A DNA stretch of 26,119 nt from assembly GCA_027491395.1 (NCBI GenBank), contig JAOZFI010000034.1:1-26119 (forward strand). The letters run 5' to 3'. Source of the stretch: Thermoproteota archaeon. GTDB taxonomy: Archaea > Korarchaeota > Korarchaeia > Korarchaeales > Korarchaeaceae. The notes under the pieces were generated by a model. It made no database searches. It was given only the letters and a program-made list of their open reading frames with translations, and was not told the origin of the DNA. Below, in pieces: positions 16,606-24,271 of this stretch. A program made the position numbers and the translations under genes. Every line of letters starts with the position of its first letter. The first letter of the stretch is position 1.

Positions 16606-17835
16606 ATGGATATGAAAGTTGCAGCGGCTGCAATCGTCATTCTGATCGTGGTGGTCGCGGGGGCCTACGTGCTCATGTCGGGTCAGGCCCCCGGCGCTGG
16701 AGGGGGCCTGCCGGATAGGATCCGGTTGGGCGTGATTCTGCCCTTGAGCACCGCTTCGTACGCGTCGGCAGGTCAGGAGGCTCTGAGGGGCATGAAGATG
16801 GCTGTGGAGGAGGTAAACGCTAACGGTGGCGTCCTAGGCAAGCCAGTGGAGTTAGTGATAAGGGACACCAAGGGAGACCCTAACACGGCTATAACTGGGG
16901 CGACCGACCTGATCACCAAGGAGAAGGTCCCGATAATCATAGGTTTCTACTCCTCCACCGTCACTTATGCCTCCATGAATGCGATCAAGAACTACAAGCC
17001 GCTTGTGTTCGTGCTGGGGGCATCTTCGGTGAAGGTAGAGCAGCTCGTCGGCATGGAGAGGTGGTTCTTCCACATGCACCCGTGGGACTACCATAGGCAG
17101 GGCACGGTCATCGAGTACTTCCTGAATCACATGAAGGAGGTCCCAAAGAAGATCTTCGTCGCCTACGAGGACGGTGTGTACGGCACCACCAGCTACGAGT
17201 ACTTCGTGAACCTGAGCAGGGAGAGGAATGCCCCGTGGGAGGTGGTTGGAGAGGCCTTCAAGACCGGGAGCTCAGACTTCTCCTCCGTCATCCTCAAGGC
17301 CAAGCAGGAGAATCCGGATGTGTTCTACATAGTCGGGTACCCCGGTGATTACCCCGTGTTCTTCAGGAACGCCAAGGAGAACGACTTTAACCCGAAGCTC
17401 GTCTTCATAGTCGCTCCAGAGTTCCCGAACTATCCAAAGGATATTGGCGATTACGTCGCTGGGGTGGATGTGTGGTCTCCCTACCTGAACACACCGGAGG
17501 CCAAGTCCTTCGTCCAGAAGTTCGAGTCCAAGTTCGGCAGGGCGCCTGAGTACTGGGCTCCCTTCGGCTACACTGCCATAAAGATGGTGGTGAAGGCCAT
17601 AGAGGACGCCAAGAGCTTGGACAAGGAGAAGCTGATCAGCGCGCTTGAGAAGGTGGAGATCAAGTCCCCGCTGGGGACGGTGAAGTTCAAGCAGACTGGG
17701 AAGACGCTCCATCAGGTTGTGGACAAGCTGTTTGTAGTACAGTGGCAGGGCGGCAAGGTGGCCATCCTCTACCCCGAGGAGTACAAGACTGGAGAGCTGA
17801 TCTACCCGGTTCCCAAATGGTCCGAGAGGGGCTGA
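16606..17835 (+). CDS. Liv-type (HAAT family) ABC substrate-binding protein
   Basis: N-terminal anchor, IRLGVILPLS, AVEEVNANGGVLGKPVELVIRD and DFSSVILKAK...PD. Substrate not determinable from sequence. Confidence 0.92.
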   Translation: MDMKVAAAAIVILIVVVAGAYVLMSGQAPGAGGGLPDRIRLGVILPLSTASYASAGQEALRGMKMAVEEVNANGGVLGKPVELVIRDTKGDPNTAITGATDLITKEKVPIIIGFYSSTVTYASMNAIKNYKPLVFVLGASSVKVEQLVGMERWFFHMHPWDYHRQGTVIEYFLNHMKEVPKKIFVAYEDGVYGTTSYEYFVNLSRERNAPWEVVGEAFKTGSSDFSSVILKAKQENPDVFYIVGYPGDYPVFFRNAKENDFNPKLVFIVAPEFPNYPKDIGDYVAGVDVWSPYLNTPEAKSFVQKFESKFGRAPEYWAPFGYTAIKMVVKAIEDAKSLDKEKLISALEKVEIKSPLGTVKFKQTGKTLHQVVDKLFVVQWQGGKVAILYPEEYKTGELIYPVPKWSERG

Positions 17836-17878
17836 CCCCCACCTCACCTTTTTCAGGTAAGGGAGAGGGAATCGAGCG

Positions 17879-18748
17879 ATGCAGTCAGAGCTGGTGCTGC
17901 AGGTCGTGGTGAACGGCATCCTTCTGGGTGGATTCTACGCGCTAGTCACCCTGGGACTGAACCTTATATTCGGGGTCATGGATGTGACGAACTTCGCCCA
18001 CGGAGATCTGATCATGCTAGCTGCCTACTTCTCCTATTGGGCGGCCGAGCTGCTAGGCATAGATCCGGTCACCTTCATCCCCGTGAATGCGGCGCTCATG
18101 TTCCTCGTCGGGTTAGCTTTCTACAGAGCCGCCCTGAAACCTGTGCTAAAGGCTCCGGCCTACAACCAGATCGCCCTGACCTTCGGCTTCTCCATATTCC
18201 TCCAGAGCCTGGCGCTCATACTCTGGACCAGCGACATGAGGCAGATAGAGGTCCCCTACGCCTCAAGCGTCCTGCAGCTCGGTCCGGTGAGCGTGGGGCT
18301 GGGGAAGCTGATAGCCTTCCTTATAGCCTTCGGCTTCACTCTCGGGTTCCTCGTCTTCCTGAGCAGGACGAAGCTCGGCGGGGCAATGAGGTCCGTGAGT
18401 CAAGATCCCATGGCTGCCTCTCTCATGGGCATAGACGTGGACAGGATCTACCTGCTCACCTCCGGCATCGCCAGCCTTCTGGCGGGGGTTGCCGGCTCCT
18501 TGGTGACCCTCAACCTGTACATAAACCCGTTCATAGGCGGGGAGCTGACCCTGAAGGCCTTCGGCGTCGTCATACTGGGGGGGATGGGGAGCTACCTTGG
18601 AATGATAGTGGCCAGCATGGTTCTCGGCCTAGCAGAAGCTTTTGTGGGGGCGTTCGTGCCCCAAGGTGGAAGCTTGGCGCCGGGGATAGCGTTCGCCGTG
18701 ATAGTGGCCGTGCTGGCGCTGAGGCCCAAGGGGCTGTTCGGGAGGTGA
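17879..18748 (+). CDS. livH: Liv-type ABC permease
   Basis: NGILLGGFYALVTLGLNLIFGVMDVTNFAHGD, RTKLGGAMRSVSQD...ASLMGID and VILGGMGS. Confidence 0.93.
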   Translation: MQSELVLQVVVNGILLGGFYALVTLGLNLIFGVMDVTNFAHGDLIMLAAYFSYWAAELLGIDPVTFIPVNAALMFLVGLAFYRAALKPVLKAPAYNQIALTFGFSIFLQSLALILWTSDMRQIEVPYASSVLQLGPVSVGLGKLIAFLIAFGFTLGFLVFLSRTKLGGAMRSVSQDPMAASLMGIDVDRIYLLTSGIASLLAGVAGSLVTLNLYINPFIGGELTLKAFGVVILGGMGSYLGMIVASMVLGLAEAFVGAFVPQGGSLAPGIAFAVIVAVLALRPKGLFGR

Positions 18749-18752
18749 TGAG

Positions 18753-19691
18753 ATGGGGAGGGATAGGACCTTGGTGTACGCCGTCTGCCTCGTCGCTGCC
18801 ATCTTCCCACTGCTGAGCGGCGAGTACACCACTAGAGTGGCCATAGGGGCCCTCAAGTACGTGGTGCTGGCCATAAGCTTCGACATCCTAGCTAGGACCG
18901 GTAACTTGAGCGTCGGTCACGCCGCCCTCTTCGGTTTAGGGGCCTACGCTGCTGCCCTCTCCAATGTCTACTTCAACGTGCCCATGGAGCTGGGTCCCTT
19001 GGTGGGTGGACTGGCCGTTCTTCCAATGGCCGTCGCCCTGGGGTTCCTGACCCTAAGGATGAGGGGCGCTTACTTCTCGATAGCTACGCTGGCGTTCGCC
19101 GAAGCGATGAGAGTGCTCTTCCTGTACGCCAGAGGCGTCACTTTAGGCGCTATGGGTGTGGGGGTGCCTCCGATCTTCGGGGGCAATGTGGTCGTGGACT
19201 ATTACGTGATCCTGGGGATAGCGATAATGAGCATCCTCCTAATCTTACTGCTGGAGAAGACCGGCGTGAATTACGCCTTCTCCGCTATAAGAGAGAATGA
19301 GGATGCTGCATCCGTGCTGGGCGTCAATCCGACGAAGTACAAGGTGCTGGCCTTCGCCCTCAGTGCGCTTCTAGCCGGAGCGGCCGGGGGATTCGACGCC
19401 GGCTACACCACATACGTCTACCCCTACGAGGCCTTCTCCGTCGCCATATCCGTGGCGGCAATGATAATGCCCATCTTCGGGGGGCTCTACACGATAGAGG
19501 GTCCCGTACTGGGTGCCGTTTTCATATACCTCGCCGAGGAGGTGTTGAGGGGCTGGCTCCCCTTCGGCTACACCCTCATCTACGGGCTGGCCCTCATCAT
19601 ATCGATCCTCTACCTGCCAATGGGGATTGTGGGGCTCCTCAGGGGGAAGAAGGGGAAGAACTGGCTCGAGTCCCTGAAAGCAGTGAAGTAA
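18753..19691 (+). CDS. livM: Liv-type ABC permease
   Basis: GNLSVGHAALFGLGAY, LRMRGAYFSIATLAFAE, AIRENEDAA..LGVN and GPVLGA. Confidence 0.93.
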   Translation: MGRDRTLVYAVCLVAAIFPLLSGEYTTRVAIGALKYVVLAISFDILARTGNLSVGHAALFGLGAYAAALSNVYFNVPMELGPLVGGLAVLPMAVALGFLTLRMRGAYFSIATLAFAEAMRVLFLYARGVTLGAMGVGVPPIFGGNVVVDYYVILGIAIMSILLILLLEKTGVNYAFSAIRENEDAASVLGVNPTKYKVLAFALSALLAGAAGGFDAGYTTYVYPYEAFSVAISVAAMIMPIFGGLYTIEGPVLGAVFIYLAEEVLRGWLPFGYTLIYGLALIISILYLPMGIVGLLRGKKGKNWLESLKAVK

Positions 19692-19728
19692 AGGAAGAAA
19701 GGGAGTAGGTGAGGCGATGGTCAGCAGC

Positions 19729-20457
19729 TCACCTCCCTCCCTCTATCTCCTTCAAGACCGTCAGCAGATCCTCCACCAGCCTCTCGAATAGCGCTGCCCC
19801 CCTCTCCGGGCTCGAGGCGCTCTGCCTTCCGAACACCCCGGAATCCGACATCTCGTGTGTGTAGACGAAGCGGAAAACCCTGTTCTCGAACGATCCCCTA
19901 GGCTCCTCGTCAACGAGCCTCTCGCTCCTGACCAGCTCCGGGTGGAGGTGCATGTTCAGGGAGGTCTCCGCTCCCGATGCGTGGCCCCTCTCGTCCTCGC
20001 TGAAGAGCTCCGAAAGCACCTCGGATCCGGAGGTCCACCACTGGTAGACGTAGACCCTGATCCCCAGCTCGTCCATGGCCTTCCTCGCCACTATTTGAAG
20101 GGTGGGAAGGTTTCCGCCGTGACCGTTCACCACTAAAACCTTCTTCACCCCCCACTTGGAGAGGGACCTGATCACATCGAGCAGGTAGCTGGCTAGAGAC
20201 TCCTCGCTGACCGTCACCGTTCCGGGGAAGCCCATGTGGTGGAAGGATATCCCGAAGGGTATCGCAGGTAGAGAGAGGATCCCCGATCTGGATGCGGCCT
20301 CTCTAGCTAGGGCCAGGGCTATAAGCATGTCCGTCCCGAGGGGATTGGCCGGCCCGTGCTGCTCGACCGATCCCACCGGAATGATGACGAGGTCCCTCCT
20401 AGAGAAATAGTCTCGAGCCTCCTCGTAACTCAGCTGGTGGAGGAACACCTTGTCCAT
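19729..20457 (-). CDS. Creatininase/creatinine amidohydrolase family protein
   Basis: IIPVGSVEQHGP..PLGTD, HHMGFPGT, VNGHGGN and GHASGAETS. Confidence 0.93.
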   Translation of the reverse strand: MDKVFLHQLSYEEARDYFSRRDLVIIPVGSVEQHGPANPLGTDMLIALALAREAASRSGILSLPAIPFGISFHHMGFPGTVTVSEESLASYLLDVIRSLSKWGVKKVLVVNGHGGNLPTLQIVARKAMDELGIRVYVYQWWTSGSEVLSELFSEDERGHASGAETSLNMHLHPELVRSERLVDEEPRGSFENRVFRFVYTHEMSDSGVFGRQSASSPERGAALFERLVEDLLTVLKEIEGGR

Positions 20458-20498
20458 AATACAGCGAGGATTCGGAATCTAATAAGGGTAGGAGGTAC

Positions 20499-21305
20499 TC
20501 ACTCGGCGCAGGCCTCATGATAGTAGAGGAGGAGGGCCGCTATCGAGGGTATCGATAGGAGGGCGTACAGGACTAGGAAGACATGTACCGGCAGGAGCGT
20601 CCCTGTGTGGTATAGGTAGGTCAGGTAGATGAGGATCGCATAAACCATGGCGGTCGGGAGGGTCATGTAGGGGCTCCTGAAGAGCTCGGCGTAGTCCCTA
20701 CCGAGGCCAATCCTGGAGAGGATCATGTACATCGCTAGCATCGAGACCAGCGGCATGGCCAGGAACACTAGGACATAGGGGTCCTGCCTAGTTCTAGATA
20801 TCTTCTCCTGGAGTTCCTGCCTCTCCGCCTTCTTACTGCTGGAGGACTCGATCAGGGGCTTCAGCTTCCTCATGACGTAATCGACGAAGTAGGCTGATCC
20901 CTGATCCCACTCCCCCTTGGGATAGTACTTGAAAACCCCATCCTCGGTGGTGACCACCACCCTCCCGTCCCTGTTGGTCATGATGACCTTCCCGAAGTAC
21001 TCGACGGTGTAGGTGGTGTTCAGCGCATGGGGATCGCCCTTCCAAACCACCCTGTCCCTGTAAAGCACCTCCACGCCCCCCGTGGTGTTCCGGATCCAGA
21101 AGCCCCTGAGCACCACAGGGGCTATCATCTGCCTCAGCTGCTCTATCTTGGTGTCCAAGTAGAATATCTCCCTGTCTATGACCTCCAGTTCCTTCACGTC
21201 CTTGTGTAGCCGTTCCATGGTCAGGAGGTGAACCCCGCCAACGATCAAGAGGACGAGCATCACCGTGGGCAGGGCCACTAGGATCGAGGCCTTGCACTCC
21301 GGCAT
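20499..21305 (-). CDS. Hypothetical membrane protein
   Basis: N-terminal TM, coiled-coil segments flanking a soluble region, and three C-terminal TM segments. Codon usage is genome-typical. Confidence 0.75.
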   Translation of the reverse strand: MPECKASILVALPTVMLVLLIVGGVHLLTMERLHKDVKELEVIDREIFYLDTKIEQLRQMIAPVVLRGFWIRNTTGGVEVLYRDRVVWKGDPHALNTTYTVEYFGKVIMTNRDGRVVVTTEDGVFKYYPKGEWDQGSAYFVDYVMRKLKPLIESSSSKKAERQELQEKISRTRQDPYVLVFLAMPLVSMLAMYMILSRIGLGRDYAELFRSPYMTLPTAMVYAILIYLTYLYHTGTLLPVHVFLVLYALLSIPSIAALLLYYHEACAE

Positions 21306-21444
21306 TTCCCTACATCCACCATCTGGGAGGACTAGATTTTAACTTTAAGGTACGATCCCTGCCCATCGGAGGGGCTGCTGTTCTTGGGCCAGGTCTCACA
21401 TCCTCGAGTTACGTTATTAATGGATGCCCGCCGATCGTCGTGGG

Positions 21445-21774
21445 ATGTACTCGGTAGCCATCAACCTGAGATCTCCTAAGGACTGGAGGGAGAGGGTCCA
21501 GCTCTTCGTATCCAAGCTGGAGTCGATCATGGGGGGCAGGCTGGTCTCGGTGATAGCCCTCCCCTCGGAGGAGGAGCTCCTGTACGACTCCAACGTGCTG
21601 GTCGTGCTGGACGAGATCAGGGAGGGGGACCTGGAGAGGGTGGCATCGGTGGCTCCGGACGGGGTGAACCCCTTGGTGGTCCCTGAGGAGGATGAAGGGG
21701 CTGTGGAGGCGTTCCTGCTCCTAGGGGGAAAGAGAGTTGGACCTAAGGGGAAAGTCCGACGTACTCTGGGATGA
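21445..21774 (+). CDS. Degenerate MNT-like (nucleotidyltransferase-fold) protein (pair 3)
   Basis: MNT-like layout (helix, LVSVIAL, LYDSNVLVVLD, VNPLVV) but no GS-x10-DxD. Overlaps the HEPN gene. TTATTAA lies about 25 nt before ATG 21445. Confidence 0.65.
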   Translation: MYSVAINLRSPKDWRERVQLFVSKLESIMGGRLVSVIALPSEEELLYDSNVLVVLDEIREGDLERVASVAPDGVNPLVVPEEDEGAVEAFLLLGGKRVGPKGKVRRTLG

Positions 21775-22123
21775 GGCCCTCAAGGACTTGGATGTGGGAT
21801 GCTACAACAAGGCAGTCAGCGCATCTTATTTCTCGGTGAGACTGGCCGCGGAATCCGTGCTCAAGGGCCTCAAGACGAGTAAGGACGATAAAATAGCTAA
21901 CGCGTTGGAGAGGGTCCTCTCCAAGAAGCTAGGCGAGAAGGAGGCCAAGGAGGTGAAGAACAGGTACATGGGCCTCTACGCAGCCAGGAAGCTCGCGGAT
22001 CACAGGGCCTTCTCGTTCAACAGGGAACTTGCCTCTTCGTACGTAGAAATTGCTGGGGAATTGAGGAAGGTGATACTGTCCTTGGTCGGTGGCGACCGCT
22101 TGGGCGGAGCGGATGATCGATGA
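21737..22123 (+). CDS. HEPN domain protein, UPF0332-like (pair 3)
   Basis: A..DL..GCYNKAVSASYFSV...A and LY.ARKLADH (R-x4-H). TTG start after GGGGAAAGAGAG. Confidence 0.8.
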   Translation: MDLRGKSDVLWDEALKDLDVGCYNKAVSASYFSVRLAAESVLKGLKTSKDDKIANALERVLSKKLGEKEAKEVKNRYMGLYAARKLADHRAFSFNRELASSYVEIAGELRKVILSLVGGDRLGGADDR

Positions 22124-22188
22124 ATGTGGGGGGAGAACGGACCTCAACTCGCATACTTGATGGCCCTATGGAATTGCCCTCCCAACTG

Positions 22189-22347
22189 TCAGCAACCGCA
22201 ACCCGACTCCCCGGACCCCGAGACGAGCAGGTTCTCCTCGAACAGGTACTTCCAGCACTCGGCACAGACCCAAATGCCGCCCATTTTCTTGTGAACCGCC
22301 CAGAGGAGGCTGACGTTCTCCCTTCCGCAGAGAGCGCACCTTCCCAT
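22189..22347 (-). CDS. 52-aa Cys-rich zinc-finger-like microprotein (missed by the ORF track)
   Basis: MGRCALCGRENVSLLWAVHKKMGGIWVCAECWKYLFEENLLVSGSGESGCGC*, with two CxxC motifs and a terminal CGC. A TATA-like CTTAAA lies at about 22379-22384 on the minus strand. Confidence 0.75.
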   Translation of the reverse strand: MGRCALCGRENVSLLWAVHKKMGGIWVCAECWKYLFEENLLVSGSGESGCGC

Positions 22348-22397
22348 GGGCAACCCCGAACATATGATGACATCTCCATTTAAGGTTTCGCGGTGGA

Positions 22398-24155
22398 TCA
22401 GATCGATGCCGCCTCATCCAGGTCCTTCATGGACACGGCCTTCCCGTAGGCCTTCAGCACGTCTGTCTTCGTTATTAACCCCACCAGCTTACCATCGTTG
22501 ATGACCGGCAGCCTGCCCACCCCACACCTGAGCATCCTCTCAACTGCCGTGTGGACCGTGTCGTCTGGCCTAATGCTCAGTATCTTCCCCCTCATAACAT
22601 CCTCCACCCTCACCTTCGGCCAGAGCCTCCTGTGCACCCTCATGAGGTCCTCGAAAGTCACCATGCCCTTCAGGTTCCCCTCAGAATCCACGACGGGGAA
22701 GCCCATGTGGTGGGTGTGGAGCATCAGCTCGTGAACCTCCTCCAAGCTCTTATCGGGGGTGACGGTGACGACGCTCCTGACCATGACGTCTTCCACCCTC
22801 ACCCTGTCAAGAGTCTCCATTCCCACCTGGAAGACCCTCTCCCCCTTCTCCTCCAGCTCCCTAGTGTACATGGTGCTCCTGAGCAGGAACAGGGAGAGGA
22901 AGTAGGAGGTGGCGCAAGAGGAAAGCAGAGCGGGTATGAGGACGTAGCTCCTGGCCAGCTCGGTGACCAGAACTACGGCTGTTAAGGGAGCCCTAGCAGC
23001 TGCTGTGAAGTGCGCAGCCATGCCAGCGACGGCGAACAGCTCGGGGTGGGGGAAGAGGAAGGGGTTAAGGGAGTGGAGGACGTGCCCGTAGGCAGCGCCC
23101 ACTGCGGCTCCTATGAAGAGCGTGGGGGTGAATATGCCGCCCGACCCTCCCGATCCTATCGACAGGGATGTGGCCATCAGCTTGAGGAAGGCGAGGAGCA
23201 GCAGGAACTCGAGCCATCCCTGTCCGGAGAGGATCCTGTTAAGGCCGTCGAACCCGGGCCCCATTATCCCCCAGCCGAGGGACCAGTAAGCTATCAGGCC
23301 GGTTCCCAGCCCGCCCAGAGATGGTTTCAACCATTCGGGGAGCTTGAGCTCCCGGAACCTGTCCTCGGCCCCGTAAAGGGAGTCAACCCATAATCGGGAT
23401 ACCAAGGCGGTCGTAGCACCCAAGCCCAAGAGCAGGACGAGCTCGATGGGATTGGGAAGCGGGGGAGAGGGTATCGATATTATTGGCTTGGCCCCCCTAA
23501 GAGTCCACGAAACGGACACGGCAGAAATAGAGGCCAGGAAGGCGGGGATCAGCTCCACCGGGTGAACTGATCCGGTCAGGACCTCCACTCCGAAGAGGAC
23601 GCCTCCGAGGGGAGCGTCGAAGGCCGCTGCTATGCCGGCCGAGAGGCCAGAGATGAGGAGGATGCGCCTGGGTCGGACGGGAAGCTTGAGGACCTGAGCC
23701 AGGAAGGAGCCGAGGCCCGCCCCTACCTGTCCGACCGGTCCCTCCCTTCCTGCGCTTCCCCCAAGTCCGATGAGCGCGCCGGAGGAGAGGATCCTGGCGA
23801 TGGGGACTCTAGGCCTGATGATGCCCTGCCTGTGGAGGAAGGATTCCAGCACGTTGGGGATGCCGTGCCCCCTCACCTCGGGAGCTATCCTCCAAGTTAT
23901 TACCCCGGAGATGAGGCCTCCCAGCGTAGGGGCCAGGATTAGACCGATGTCGAGGGGGCCCAGCATGTAGGTGCTCTCTAAGTACTCGAGGAAATCCCTG
24001 AAAACCTCTATCGCGAAATCCAAGGAAACTGCTGCAAGCCCTGATATCGCCCCTGCGATCATCGACAATATCTCCAGTCTACCGTACCTCTTAGCCACCC
24101 TGAAGAGCTTGACCCTTTCCTCCCTGCGCTTGATCTCCCTCCTAGGCTCTATCAA
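22398..24155 (-). CDS. CLC-family chloride channel/transporter with two C-terminal CBS domains
   Basis: GHGIP, GREGP, AAFDAPLGGVLF, GGIFTP and APLTAVVLVTE, followed by a CBS pair (GFPVVD; GRLPVINDGKLVGLITKTD). Confidence 0.94.
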   Translation of the reverse strand: MIEPRREIKRREERVKLFRVAKRYGRLEILSMIAGAISGLAAVSLDFAIEVFRDFLEYLESTYMLGPLDIGLILAPTLGGLISGVITWRIAPEVRGHGIPNVLESFLHRQGIIRPRVPIARILSSGALIGLGGSAGREGPVGQVGAGLGSFLAQVLKLPVRPRRILLISGLSAGIAAAFDAPLGGVLFGVEVLTGSVHPVELIPAFLASISAVSVSWTLRGAKPIISIPSPPLPNPIELVLLLGLGATTALVSRLWVDSLYGAEDRFRELKLPEWLKPSLGGLGTGLIAYWSLGWGIMGPGFDGLNRILSGQGWLEFLLLLAFLKLMATSLSIGSGGSGGIFTPTLFIGAAVGAAYGHVLHSLNPFLFPHPELFAVAGMAAHFTAAARAPLTAVVLVTELARSYVLIPALLSSCATSYFLSLFLLRSTMYTRELEEKGERVFQVGMETLDRVRVEDVMVRSVVTVTPDKSLEEVHELMLHTHHMGFPVVDSEGNLKGMVTFEDLMRVHRRLWPKVRVEDVMRGKILSIRPDDTVHTAVERMLRCGVGRLPVINDGKLVGLITKTDVLKAYGKAVSMKDLDEAASI

Positions 24156-24271
24156 TATAGGTCACTTCGCTCCCACGTCCTATTACTGGAAAGGTCCCAC
24201 GTAAGAGTGAAGAGGGGGAGAAAAATAACCCTTTCGGACGCCCGTCAGCTCCGTGCCCCCTAGTTTGTCGG

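Noticed and set aside
22017-22417. Three track ORFs (22017-22379, 22120-22383, 22166-22417)
   Set aside because: These are shadow frames; the 52-aa Cys-rich ORF in the remaining minus frame explains the region better.
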